In this document: positions 38,052 through 48,491 of the stretch, piece by piece
How the letters are laid out: each line of letters starts with the position of its first letter
Position numbering within the stretch: position 1 is the first letter of the stretch
Assembly: GCA_963807165.1 (NCBI GenBank)
Contig: CAWDZM010000001.1
Location: forward strand, 32,214-96,213
Reading direction: 5' to 3'
Source: an uncultured bacterium
Lineage (GTDB): Bacteria > Patescibacteriota > Minisyncoccia > UBA6257 > 2-01-FULL-56-20
Length of the DNA stretch: 64,000 nt
The notes under the pieces: model-generated
What the model saw: only the letters and a program-made list of their open reading frames with translations
What the model was told of the DNA's origin: nothing
Databases searched by the model: none
Position numbers and translations under genes: made by a program

Positions 38052-39404
38052 ATGAAAAATAATATTCCTAAGGCGGTAAAGAACATCGATCATATTGGCG
38101 ACCTCTGGCTTCCGTTAAAAATAAAATATGATCGGATGCCCGGTCTTTCTGTGGGTATTGTTTATCAAGGGAAATTACTTTATGGAAAGGGTTTTGGATT
38201 CGCCGATATTGGGAAAAAGCAGCGTGCTACCGAGAAAACGCTTTATCACATTGCGTCCAATTCGAAAATGTTCACTGCGGTTTCGATTATGCAGCTTGTC
38301 GAGCTGGGGAAACTTCGTCTTGATGACAAGGTGGCTACGCATATTGACTGGTTTAAGGCAAAAAATAAAAATGCCGATGCGGCTAGTATAACGATAAGGC
38401 AATTACTCTCCCACGCCGCTGGGATATTTCGCGATGGCGATACGGCGCATTGGGAAACGGGTAAGTTTCCCAAAAATTTACAATCATCATTTTCGGAAAA
38501 ATCCCTACGGTTGGAAAATCTTGCTTCGTTTAAATACGCGAATTACGGATACGGCCTCTTGGGGGAAATCATAAAAAGAGTAAGCGGATTGTCATACGAA
38601 CAATATGTGCAAGTCAATATTTTGAGGCCGCTTGGAATGAATGATACTTATCCGGACTACGAAGATGGTCTTGCTCGCGTAGCAACAGGATACGGAAGAA
38701 ACATTCCCGATGAGCAACGGCAAATATTTCCCCATTATAAAACGCATGCCTACTCCAGCGCAACCGGATTCGTTTCAAATGTGCTTGATCTTGGTAAATT
38801 CATTCACGCACTTTCGCTTGAGAGTAAAAACAAAATACTGACGCGTGAATCTAAAAAAGAAATGATACATCCCCACGAAAAGACGGGGGAGGGTGATGAA
38901 TATGGATTGGGGGTCGAGATTGCATATATAAAGAATAGAAAAATTGTCGGTCACGGTGGCGGTTTCAATGGATTTATTACTAAAGTTATGTGGGATGCGC
39001 AGGGCGATTTGGGGGTAATAGTCTTGTCGAATTCACTTGATAGTTCTGCGGGGAATATTGCTCGTGGCCTTTTTGAGACGATATATGATTTCCTGGATAG
39101 ACAGGTCGAATATATGGGGAATAAAAAAGTCAATTTTAAATCGTTGGAAGGTATCTATCGCAGTGTGTGGGGCGACGATGTGGTGGTGAGAATGGGAAAT
39201 ACATTGATTGCTTTCAATCCTAAAACTGATTCTCCACTCCGGTGGAGTACGTCTTTTATTCCTGAAAAAGTCCCCAATCAATTTTTAATGAAAAGCAAAA
39301 ATATGTTCAGTAATGGCAATGAAATTGCGAAATTCGGCAGATTTAAAAACGGGCGGGCGCAGGAGGCTTTTTTTGGAGCAACACCATCACGCCGCGTTAG
39401 CTAA
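38052..39404 (+). CDS. serine hydrolase of the beta-lactamase/PBP transpeptidase-fold family
   Basis: SxxK motif ASNSKMFTA and the YANYG region. Low GC. Confidence 0.65.
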   Translation: MKNNIPKAVKNIDHIGDLWLPLKIKYDRMPGLSVGIVYQGKLLYGKGFGFADIGKKQRATEKTLYHIASNSKMFTAVSIMQLVELGKLRLDDKVATHIDWFKAKNKNADAASITIRQLLSHAAGIFRDGDTAHWETGKFPKNLQSSFSEKSLRLENLASFKYANYGYGLLGEIIKRVSGLSYEQYVQVNILRPLGMNDTYPDYEDGLARVATGYGRNIPDEQRQIFPHYKTHAYSSATGFVSNVLDLGKFIHALSLESKNKILTRESKKEMIHPHEKTGEGDEYGLGVEIAYIKNRKIVGHGGGFNGFITKVMWDAQGDLGVIVLSNSLDSSAGNIARGLFETIYDFLDRQVEYMGNKKVNFKSLEGIYRSVWGDDVVVRMGNTLIAFNPKTDSPLRWSTSFIPEKVPNQFLMKSKNMFSNGNEIAKFGRFKNGRAQEAFFGATPSRRVS

Positions 39405-39413
39405 TTAACGGTA

Positions 39414-40313
39414 TTAGCGCAGTATGATCAAGCTCACGATCCCAATCGCAATGCAATACACCGCGAATGGCGTCAGCGTGTTTGTTTTAAAATAGCGCGT
39501 AAGGAACTTGACGGCGAACCATGCAGCGAACGCGGCGGCGATGGCGCCCGCGAGCGAGACCTCGATGAGCGCACTCCCACCCGAGCTGAGCAGCGGCGGG
39601 ATCTCGACGAGCGCCGCCGCGCCGATGATCGGCGTGGCGAGAAGGAACGAGTAGCGCAGGGAATCCTCGTGCGAGAGCCCCACCATCAGGCCGCCCGCGA
39701 GCGTGGAGCCGGTGCGCGAGAATCCTGGGATGAGCGCGAGTACTTGTAGAATGCCGACTTTAAACGATTGCCAAAATGAAAGCTGATGTGCGATACGCGT
39801 ATCGTTATTTCGTAAACTTTCCGTGGGCATGGCGGAGGTCGTGGCAGTGGCGTTCGTCGCGCCGCGACGCGCCGCTCGCTTGCGCAACCATTCCGCGAGC
39901 AGGAGTAACAATCCATTCAATGTTAAAAATATCGCCGCGGAAATCGGCGAGAGCAACGTGCCGGTGATCTGGTCTTTCAATAATAATCCGATGATGCCCG
40001 CGGGGATCGTGCTCACGACGAGCAACCAGCCGAGTTTTGCATCCGGATCCGCATCGCTTATCTCGCGCGCGGCGAGCGAGCGGAAGATGCCGCGCACAAT
40101 CCGCACCCAATCCTTGAAGTAGATCACAAATAACACGATCGCGGTGGCGAGGTGTGTGGCAACCAAAAATTCCAAAAATGCTTCAGAATTTTGATCGATG
40201 TTCCATCCGAGGAGTCCCGGGATGAGCACGCTGTGTCCGAGGCTCGAGACGGGGAATAGTTCTGTGATGCCTTGTGTGAGGCCGAGGACGATCGCTTGAA
40301 AAAAAGTGAGCAT
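39414..40313 (-). CDS. uppP: undecaprenyl-diphosphatase
   Basis: LGLTQGITELFPVSSLGHSV N-terminal motif. 8 TM helices. Confidence 0.85.
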   Translation of the reverse strand: MLTFFQAIVLGLTQGITELFPVSSLGHSVLIPGLLGWNIDQNSEAFLEFLVATHLATAIVLFVIYFKDWVRIVRGIFRSLAAREISDADPDAKLGWLLVVSTIPAGIIGLLLKDQITGTLLSPISAAIFLTLNGLLLLLAEWLRKRAARRGATNATATTSAMPTESLRNNDTRIAHQLSFWQSFKVGILQVLALIPGFSRTGSTLAGGLMVGLSHEDSLRYSFLLATPIIGAAALVEIPPLLSSGGSALIEVSLAGAIAAAFAAWFAVKFLTRYFKTNTLTPFAVYCIAIGIVSLIILR

Positions 40314-40316
40314 GGG

Positions 40317-41379
40317 TTAAATCTCCATATCGCCGCGCGCTTCGATCTTGTAGCGCTTTTTGCGGAGGTAGGCCATGTAGCCCGCGACGCCGATCATCGC
40401 GCCGTTATCCAGGTTATATTTGAAGTCCGGCACAAAGAATGCGCACCCGATCTTTTTTGCTTCCCGCGCGAGTCGCGCGCGCAACGCTTTATTCGCTGCC
40501 ACACCGCCGGAGAGCATCACCGACCGTGCGCCGAATTCTTGTGCGGCGCGGATCGTTTTCTTGACGAGCACATCGAGCGCGGCTTCCTGGAACGACGCGG
40601 CGACGTCGGCCTTGGCGGCATCCGCGCTTTTGCCGTTCATTACGTCCGCATGGTCGCGCATATAATAGAGCACGGATGTTTTTAAACCAGAAAAGCTAAA
40701 GTCGTAGTTTTTCTCGTGCAGCATCGGACGGGGGAATGCGATCGCGACGCGGATTGCCCGCGCGGGCGAGGCGTTCGACCTCGGGGCCGCCGGGATATTG
40801 TAGTCCGAGCAGGCGCGCAACCTTGTCGAACGCCTCGCCCGCGGCGTCATCGCGCGTTTCGCCGAGCCGTTTCCATTTTGAGAATGAATCGAGCTTGAGT
40901 AAAATAGTGTGGCCGCCGCTCACGATGAGCGCAACCGCAGGGAAAATATTTTTTGCGCTGGAGTTCTTTGTGTGCGACCGGCCCCCGGTCTTTGGTGGTG
41001 ATAAAAGAAAACTATAGAGGTGCCCTTCCAGATGATTTGCGCCGACGAGCGGCACGCGATATTCCTTTGCGAGCGACTGCGCGAACGTGATGCCCGTCCA
41101 GAGCGCTGGCTCCAATCCTGGCCCGACCGTCACCGTGATCAGATCGAACTTGAGTCGTGGATATTTCGCCTGCAGCTGCCCAAAAAGTATCGGCAGATTT
41201 TTTAAATGCTCGCGCTTGGCGAGATTGGGAACCACGCCACCGAACGGGCGGTGGATCGGGATCTGCGTGGTAACAAGGTTTTCAATAACGCGCACGCGCG
41301 GCGCACGCGCCGTGCCCGCGGCCTCAAGGAGGGCAACACCCGTCTCATCGCACGATGTTTCGATGGCAAGAATTTTCAT
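40317..41379 (-). CDS. tsaD: tRNA N6-adenosine threonylcarbamoyltransferase TsaD (Kae1/Gcp), split by a frameshift near 40790-40810
   Basis: MKILAIETSCDETGVAL N-terminus in ORF 40696-41379. C-terminal half (FSGLKT..., SGGVAANKALR) in ORF 40317-40850, in another frame. Confidence 0.75.
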
Positions 41380-41692
41380 GGAGTGGAATAACGATGGAAT
41401 GCTTTATCATTGTACAATCTACCACGATTAATGGATAGAAAAAAGGACCGGCGTCGCCGGTCCTTGGATAATGATTGTGAGGATGATAGCTACCCCGCTC
41501 GTTTGGAAAAGATCGAACCAATTGCCCGGAAAAAGCGCAAGATAGTTCTTTTGATGGGGACAACGATCTCCAGTTGTTCGTTCAAATCGTCGAAGAGTAT
41601 GTGATTTCGATGGTGTGCCAAAGCAATTTCTCTTTTCCACAGATGCTCTCACTGTTATAGCACGTTCACATTAAAAAAAGATAAATAAAAAA

Positions 41693-41721
41693 TGGGCAGT
41701 TCGCTGTGTGCGAACTGCCCA
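41693..41721 (-). terminator. intrinsic terminator GGGCAGTTCGC-TGTGT-GCGAACTGCCC plus T-run; repeat copy 1
   Basis: Perfect 11-bp stem. Near-identical copy at 42925-42952. Confidence 0.55.
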
Positions 41722-41738
41722 TGAGAGCCTGTCAGTAC

Positions 41739-42236
41739 TTATTGTTGGTGATGATCTTTGATGATCCAGGAGACGTCGAGCTGTTGCCTGCCAGCGGTGA
41801 GCATGAAGTCACCATCAATGCTTTTGACGTTCGCCCGGCGATTCTTGCCCAGCGGATCACCGGGGAAGTGATAGACGATCCGGTCGCCTATCTTGAGGTC
41901 GGTGGTCCACTCGATCCCACCGCCAAGTTCGATCCGTTGCGTGCGCAGTGTCGATCCCAGATATTTCTCGATCCAATACTCCCGCACCGGATAGTTTTGT
42001 GATGCTGTGTTTGTCTCCGCGATGGCAGCCTCTTCTGAGGTCCACGCGTCACATCCCTTTTTCCCGGTCTGTGGATCGTCCCACACTACGCGAAAATTCT
42101 TGCCGACGGTCGTTGTGGGTGAAGGTTGATTCGAGCAGTTGCTTTGAGCAACCGCGACGGAAGAAACCATGAGCATCGTCGCGAAAGCGACTACGGAGAA
42201 GGTGACACCTTTCATATTAAACTCCTTTACCTCCAC
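41739..42236 (-). CDS. secreted hypothetical protein
   Basis: Signal peptide MKGVTFSVVAFATMLMVSSVAVAQS. Confidence 0.4.
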   Translation of the reverse strand: MEVKEFNMKGVTFSVVAFATMLMVSSVAVAQSNCSNQPSPTTTVGKNFRVVWDDPQTGKKGCDAWTSEEAAIAETNTASQNYPVREYWIEKYLGSTLRTQRIELGGGIEWTTDLKIGDRIVYHFPGDPLGKNRRANVKSIDGDFMLTAGRQQLDVSWIIKDHHQQ

Positions 42237-42367
42237 AGGAGGCAGATTTCAGCTGTCCCTATTATATCCCATATTAATATTTATGTCAAAGTATCGCCGG
42301 CGGCACAAAAAGAAATAAAAAAGGCCACGTCTTGCGAAGTGGCCAGTGCGGTAGAACGATCAAGAGA

Positions 42368-42859
42368 TCAACCGACGGAGCAAACCGAGTTTTCCAGGTC
42401 GGGGAAAAAATGATTTACCTCTTTGGTTGGATAAGCTGCGTGAGCAGACTCGATCTGGTATCCCGCATCCTCCATATATCTTTTTATTTCCGTCGCCCGC
42501 GCGCGGCACTCTTCAAGAGAGGCTAAGCCCGTAATAAGAGGGCAGACCTCTCTGCTCTTTTTATTTCCCTGGTGGATCACTATGGAAAGATTCCAACACG
42601 GATCTTCCGCGCCGGATCTAAAAAGATCTTTGACCTCGTCATCCGCTCTTTTGCAAGCAGAACAAAGAACGGGGTCGCTGATACTTAAGGGCGCGTGGCC
42701 TTTTTTTGCCTTGTAGCCATAGCTTTCAAAGCCACTGCATTGATGCTCGACCGGTCTGATGGATCGCCGAACGGTGCGGACAAACATTGCTACGACGGCA
42801 GCGACGATACAAAGAGCTATCACCCACATTACCCACGTCGGTATTTCTGCTGATGTCAT
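42368..42859 (-). CDS. membrane-anchored Cys-containing hypothetical protein; paralog of 42977-43477
   Basis: N-terminal TM. Shared GF(E/S)(S/T)Y.Y.A..GHA.L....L..C..C.RA and GL.SL(E/D)ECR.RA..IK motifs. Confidence 0.5.
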   Translation of the reverse strand: MTSAEIPTWVMWVIALCIVAAVVAMFVRTVRRSIRPVEHQCSGFESYGYKAKKGHAPLSISDPVLCSACKRADDEVKDLFRSGAEDPCWNLSIVIHQGNKKSREVCPLITGLASLEECRARATEIKRYMEDAGYQIESAHAAYPTKEVNHFFPDLENSVCSVG

Positions 42860-42924
42860 ATGAAACCTCCTTCGATTCCGGAGGAATGATAATATAAAAA
42901 ATTGTAAGCGTCAACGATAAAAAA

Positions 42925-42952
42925 TGGGCAGTCGCGGTGTGCGAACTGCCCA
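42925..42952 (-). terminator. intrinsic terminator; repeat copy 2 of the GGGCAGT(T)CGC hairpin
   Basis: GGGCAGTCGC-GGTGT-GCGAACTGCCC plus T-run on the minus strand. Confidence 0.5.
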
Positions 42953-42976
42953 AATATTTCTCATCCACGTTCAGAT

Positions 42977-43477
42977 TTATCGATAGTGTTCTGATAAATC
43001 AGAAAAAGGAAGATATCTATCGTCCGGGCTTATAGCCGTGGCGAACCAGAGCTTGCTTCCCTGAAGATGCATACAGATTTTGATCTTCTCTGCGCGTCTG
43101 CGGCATTCATCCAAAGATTTTAGCCCTGAAATTTTAGGACCAAGATCCCTACTCATCTTTGTTCCTGTATGGCCTCCGTAAGTGAGGGTCCAGCCAGGAT
43201 TATGCCCGCCATCCGCGAATAGCGCCGTATGTCTGGCTTTCGCTCTTTGGCAGCCGATGCAAAGGCTGAGGCTCACTCCGTCTAAAGATGCATGCCCTCG
43301 GTCGGCGTGGTAGTCGTAGGTGGAAAATCCATAACACATTCCGGGATGCAGCATCCCGGTGGGGATAGTTGATTCGCGTGATTCGCGACGTTTCCAGACG
43401 AATAATCCTAGCAGGATACCAAGGACCGACAAAGCCATCATCCACATCATATGAAACCTCCTTATCAGATTCTGCAA
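42977..43477 (-). CDS. membrane-anchored Cys-containing hypothetical protein; paralog of 42368-42859
   Basis: See 42368-42859. Confidence 0.5.
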   Translation of the reverse strand: MQNLIRRFHMMWMMALSVLGILLGLFVWKRRESRESTIPTGMLHPGMCYGFSTYDYHADRGHASLDGVSLSLCIGCQRAKARHTALFADGGHNPGWTLTYGGHTGTKMSRDLGPKISGLKSLDECRRRAEKIKICMHLQGSKLWFATAISPDDRYLPFSDLSEHYR

Positions 43478-43512
43478 TAAGTTGTAGTATAAAAATCAAC
43501 TATTGTCAATTG

Positions 43513-43584
43513 TAGCTCCAGCGGGAATCGAACCCGCATTTGCGCCGTGAAAGGGCGCCGTCCTAACCATTAGACGATGAAGCC
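43513..43584 (-). tRNA. tRNA-Glu (anticodon TTC)
   Basis: Cloverleaf: acceptor GGCTTCA/TGGAGCT, anticodon stem GCGCC/GGCGC, loop CTTTCAC, T-arm GCGGG-TTCGATT-CCCGC. Confidence 0.75.
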
Positions 43585-43714
43585 ATACCCGCGCGACGGG
43601 CGCAGAAACTGCGCAAACCTGCCGGCTGATGATGCTATACTATAATAAAGTGCGAATTTTTGAAAGCGTAAGAATTTTGATTCTTTCCCGATAAGTGCTA
43701 CTTTTAACAACGTT

Positions 43715-45226
43715 ATGAAACGCTTCTTTGAGATGCTGCCAGGGATATTGGCGTGGCTCACCCTCATTTTTATGGTGCTTTTTTCGTGGCTCCTGCCGGT
43801 GTGGGTATCTATTTTTATTATCCTGTTCGATATCTATTGGGTGCTGAAGACGGTGTATCTCTCGTTGCACCTCCGCGCGACGTTCGTCGAAATGCGTCGC
43901 GTGATGAAGATCGATTGGCTGGCGAAGATCCGCGAAGAGATGCCGGCGGCGGCTGATGGCGCCCCCGTGACCCACCCAGCGCTCGACGAAATTTATCACC
44001 TCGTCATTTTGCCGATGTACGACGAGCCGTTCGAGGTGGTGCGCGAAAGTTTTGCGTCGCTCACGCGCGTCAATTACGATGCGAAAAAATTATTGGTGGT
44101 GCTCGCGCTGGAGAACAAGGCAGGGGATGCGGCGTGCGCGACAGGCGTAAAGCTTCAACACGAATTTGGCGCAGCGTTTGGGAAATTTTTAGTGACGCAT
44201 CATCCGGCGGGATTGCCAGATGAGATTCCGGGCAAGGGTTCAAACGAGGTCTGGGCGGGACAACAGGCGATGCGCGAGATCATAAACATCCCGCCGGAAC
44301 ATATATTGGTGTCCGTGTTCGACAGCGATACGCAGGTCTTCCCGGAATATTTCAGCCGGCTCACGTATGTTTTCCTAAAGGCAGAGAACCGCACGCATGC
44401 GATCTATCAACCGATCCCACTCTTCACGAATAACGTCTACGAAGCGCCGATGCTTGCGCGCGTCGTCGCGTTCAGCACGACGTTCTGGCAGATGATGCAG
44501 CAGTCGCGCCCGGAGCGACTGACATCGTTCTCATCACAATCCATTCCGCTCAGCACCCTGCTCGACATCGGGTGGTGGGATAAGACGATCGTGTCGGAGG
44601 ACTCGCGCATTTTCTGGCAGGGATATTTAAAATATCACAGCGACTTCCGCGTGGAGCCGCTCTTCTATCCCGTCTCGATGGACGTGAACGTTGCGCCCAC
44701 GTTCTGGGGTACGATGATTAATATTTATAAACAGCAGCGGCGCTGGGGCTGGGGCGTTGAAAATATTCCGTACATGTTGGAGGGATTCCGGCATGATCCG
44801 CAGATCCCGGAAAGCAAAAAAAGATATTGGACGTTCAACGCGATCGAAGGATTTCATTCATGGGCCACGAACTCGCTGATCATTTTTGCATTGGGTTGGT
44901 TGCCGCTCGCGCTCGGCGGTCGTCACTTCGGCCACTCCGTGCTCTCGTACAACCTGCCCCACATCACGCGATTCATCGTCTCGCTCTCGATGGTTGGTGT
45001 CGCAAGCTCCGCAATCCTCAGTATATTTCTTTTACCCAAGCCACCCGGCGGACTGAAGGCAAAAGATTATTTAATATTTGTTTTGCAGTGGGTGCTGATG
45101 CCGTTCACGCTGATCATTTTTGGCGCATTCCCCGGGCTGGAGGCACAGACGCGGCTGATGCTCGGCGGGCGGTGGCGACTTGGCTTTTGGGTGACGCCGA
45201 AGGGGCGCTATCAAAAAGTCAATTGA
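43715..45226 (+). CDS. family 2 glycosyltransferase (cellulose/chitin-synthase-like), integral membrane
   Basis: D,D,D and QQRRW (QxxRW) motifs. N- and C-terminal TM helices. Confidence 0.75.
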   Translation: MKRFFEMLPGILAWLTLIFMVLFSWLLPVWVSIFIILFDIYWVLKTVYLSLHLRATFVEMRRVMKIDWLAKIREEMPAAADGAPVTHPALDEIYHLVILPMYDEPFEVVRESFASLTRVNYDAKKLLVVLALENKAGDAACATGVKLQHEFGAAFGKFLVTHHPAGLPDEIPGKGSNEVWAGQQAMREIINIPPEHILVSVFDSDTQVFPEYFSRLTYVFLKAENRTHAIYQPIPLFTNNVYEAPMLARVVAFSTTFWQMMQQSRPERLTSFSSQSIPLSTLLDIGWWDKTIVSEDSRIFWQGYLKYHSDFRVEPLFYPVSMDVNVAPTFWGTMINIYKQQRRWGWGVENIPYMLEGFRHDPQIPESKKRYWTFNAIEGFHSWATNSLIIFALGWLPLALGGRHFGHSVLSYNLPHITRFIVSLSMVGVASSAILSIFLLPKPPGGLKAKDYLIFVLQWVLMPFTLIIFGAFPGLEAQTRLMLGGRWRLGFWVTPKGRYQKVN

Positions 45227-45303
45227 TCATGTTCCACTGTTAATCTGGCAAACAGAGCTCACTCAGCAGACAGTAGAGCCCTTCTTTATGGATGTAATAT
45301 AAT

Positions 45304-45346
45304 ATCAGTATTTTAAAATCACAAATTGTGATTTTAAAATACTGAT
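45304..45346. repeat. 43-bp near-perfect palindrome ATCAGTATTTTAAAATCACAA-A-TTGTGATTTTAAAATACTGAT; copy A
   Basis: Exact reverse-complement arms seen directly. Lies between convergent glycosyltransferase and recG. Confidence 0.6.
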
Positions 45347-45414
45347 CTATCGCTGTTTCTTTACGTTACGCCTTTAGTGAGCGCAGAGCGTAGTGCTCGT
45401 ATCTCGCATCTCTA

Positions 45415-47681
45415 CTATTCCTGATGCACTCGCGCCCTGAACTCCTCCACCTTCTTTCGTAGCGCCAGATTCTTTTTGAACTGCGGATCCGCGGTGACGG
45501 CTTGGATCGCCGCTTCGCGCGAGTGTTTGACGAGCTCCGGATCGCGGAGCGCTTCCATCGCGACGTCGGGGAGTCCGGTTTGCACGTTGCCGAAGAATTG
45601 TCCGGGGCCGCGGAGGGCGAGATCTTTTTCTGCGAGCTCGAAACCGTTCTTGGCTTCGAGGATCGCTTTGAGGCGCGCGTTCGCGGCGGCGGCTTGCGAG
45701 TCAGCCATCAAAAAACAATATGACTGATATTCGCCGCGCCCGACACGGCCACGGAATTGGTAGAGCTGTGCGAGGCCGAAACGGTCTGCGCCTTCGATCA
45801 TCATAATGCTCGCGTTCGGCACGTCCACGCCGACTTCGACGACGGATGTGGCGACGAGGAGGTCGAACTCGCGATCTTTGAACTTACGCATTACTTCTTC
45901 TTTTTCCTTCGGCTTCATTTGGCCGTGGAGCATCGCGATGCGAAGGTCGGGAAAAATCTTTTGCGAAAGTTTTTCATATTCTTCTTTAACAGACTTAAGC
46001 TCGAGTTTTTTGACGAATGCCATCTTGCCGCCCGGCACTTTTGTTGACTCCTCTTCCTCCGGCACGTCAATACGCGGACAGATGACAAACGCCTGGCGGC
46101 CTTCCTTTATTTGCTCACGAATAAAATTATACGTGGCGGTGCGCTTGAGTGGCGCAACAATTTCCGTCTTGATCTCCTTGCGTCCGACGGGCAGCTCGGT
46201 GATGAGTGATAGGTCGAGATCGCCGAACACGGAGAGCATCAGTGTACGCGGGATCGGCGTGGCGGACATGCTGAGGAAGTGGGGGATCGGCGCGGAGCCG
46301 TTGCCATTCACGCCGCCTTTCCGGGCGTTCGCGTTCAGTTCCGCCCGCTGGCGCACGCCGAACCGGTGTTGCTCGTCTATTATTACGAGCCCGAGCGACG
46401 CGAACGCGATCGTTTTTTGGATGAGCGCGTGCGTGCCGAAGATGATTGAGATTTCCCCGTCAGCGACTTTCTTTGAAAACTCCAGCTTGGAAATTTTCGA
46501 TTCCAATGCTTTGCCGTAAAAAACGTGCGCGCTACTGCCGGTGATGAGCCCGATGACGGACTGCTCATCACCAAGCGCAAGCGTCGCGAACAACTTCTTC
46601 ATCGTTTCGAAATGCTGCCGTGCCAGAATTTCCGTCGGTGCCATGAACGCGGTTTGCAGTTTGTTCTCCGCGGCGATGAGTGCCGCGATCGCGGCCACCA
46701 CCGTTTTCCCCGAGCCGACGTCTCCCTGTAGGAGCCGGTTCATCGGCCGCGGCTTGTCGATATCTTTGATAATTTCCCAGAGCGATTGTTTCTGCGAATG
46801 CGTGAGCTCGAAGGGCAATCGAGCGAGCATCGCTTTCACGCGTTCGATGTCGGCAGTGATCGACCGGCGCGCGCTCGGTGGCAAGCTTCATCTTTTGTTG
46901 CATGTTCAAAATTTGGAGCAAAAACAATTCCTCAAACGAGAACCGAGCGCGCGCCGCGGCGGCATCCTCGATCCGGCGGGGGAAATGCATGGAGTGGATC
47001 GCCTCATTCAATTCCGGAAAATGAAATTCCGTTAAAATTTCGGCGGGGATCCATTCTTTCATCACCGGTTTTTTGCGGAACAGCGCTTGCGTGACGAACC
47101 GGATCCCGCGCGAGGTGAGTCCGCGGGTCTCGGGATACACCGGCACGAGCCGCGCGGTGTGGTTCATCTCCTGCACGCCATTCTCGCCGTCCGCGCTCCG
47201 CAGGCGGATCACTTCGTAAACCGGATTGCTAAAATATATTTCGCCTTCTTCGTTGACCGACGCCTTCCCGGCAAAGTTCGCCGCGCGCCCGGTCTTTAAA
47301 ACATTTGCCACATATGGTTGGTTGAACCACACCGCGCGGATGGATCCCGATTCGTCCGCGATCGTCGCTTCGACGATGCTCATCGCGCGGCGCCAACTGC
47401 GCTTGGTCTGCACTTCTTCCACGATGCCCTGGATCGTGGCTTGCTGTCCGGGCTCAAGCTCGGCGATGGAATAAATTTTAGCTGAAGTCTTCGTAGCGAG
47501 TGGGGAAGTGCCACAACAGATCGCGCACGGTCTTGATGCCCATCTTTTCAAGACGGCGCAGAGCGGGGACGCGGGCTCCCACAACTTCAAAAAGTGGAGT
47601 GTCCGAGGCTATCTGAAGCATTTGATTGTGCATAGTATACCATATCCAATCCAAGAGTGCAGTTTTTATAGCACTTGACAA
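45415..47681 (-). CDS. recG: ATP-dependent DNA helicase RecG, split into three frames (shifts near 47480-47500 and 46860-46900)
   Basis: N-terminus HFPTRYED (ORF 47478-47681). Wedge domain (46568-47590). Helicase motifs GDVGSGKT and DEQHRFG (45415-46884). Confidence 0.8.
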
Positions 47682-48077
47682 ATTTAAAGCATAGATGTAC
47701 TATGGATAACAGTAATAAATTCCCAAGGAGAATGCCTCTGAAGAATCCCTTTGAAGTGATATTCTTTAGCCTCTTGACTTGACCTGCCGGCGGCGACCGC
47801 ACGGATGCGGACGCCCAGTGCCGAGCGATGCTCGGCGAGAAAAGATAGCGGCACGCCTGCCGCGATTCACCAGCCCGGACCACTCCCAGGAGGAATCCAT
47901 GCATTGTGATTACGGCTAACAGCGGTACCACAATTCAAAATCAGTCACCTTTTGCGGCGCACTAAACGGCGCGCGACTCTCCCGAGTCCGCGCCGTTCCT
48001 ATTTCTATAATTAAAAAAATCGACGCGCCTCGTATGGGTGGTGCGCCGATGGGGTGGTGATAAATGTTAGAGCTGGA

Positions 48078-48368
48078 TCAAGCACGATGGAGCATTCTGC
48101 TCCGGATCGATTTCATCTCGTTGAAGCATGCCTGTGATATCTCGAAGAGATCAGAGGAATTGATTTTTCCCAACAAGAGAAAGTTGGTGAGGGTATCGGC
48201 TGCGTTGAGGAGCTCGCTGTCGGATGAGGTGGCGATCTTTTGGTGAAGTCGCGTCCTCCCATCCTCCGCGCTGATTTCGAAACATGGTTCTCCGAGGTAA
48301 CTCATCAGTAGATGTGGATGCGCGTCGGGGATGATTTCTCGAATTTGTGTTTCAACCATCTGGGGCAT
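48078..48368 (-). CDS. hypothetical protein
   Basis: 96-aa ORF. An overlapping plus-strand ORF makes strand uncertain. Confidence 0.25.
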   Translation of the reverse strand: MPQMVETQIREIIPDAHPHLLMSYLGEPCFEISAEDGRTRLHQKIATSSDSELLNAADTLTNFLLLGKINSSDLFEISQACFNEMKSIRSRMLHRA

Positions 48369-48491
48369 GAAAAATCTCCTTTTACTACTCTAAAAGATAA
48401 AACAAAGTTGGATCTATGGCAAGTGTTGAAAATAAAAAAACAGCGCACCCGTGTGGAAATGCGCTGATGGGAATAGATGCTGGGGAGAGGC

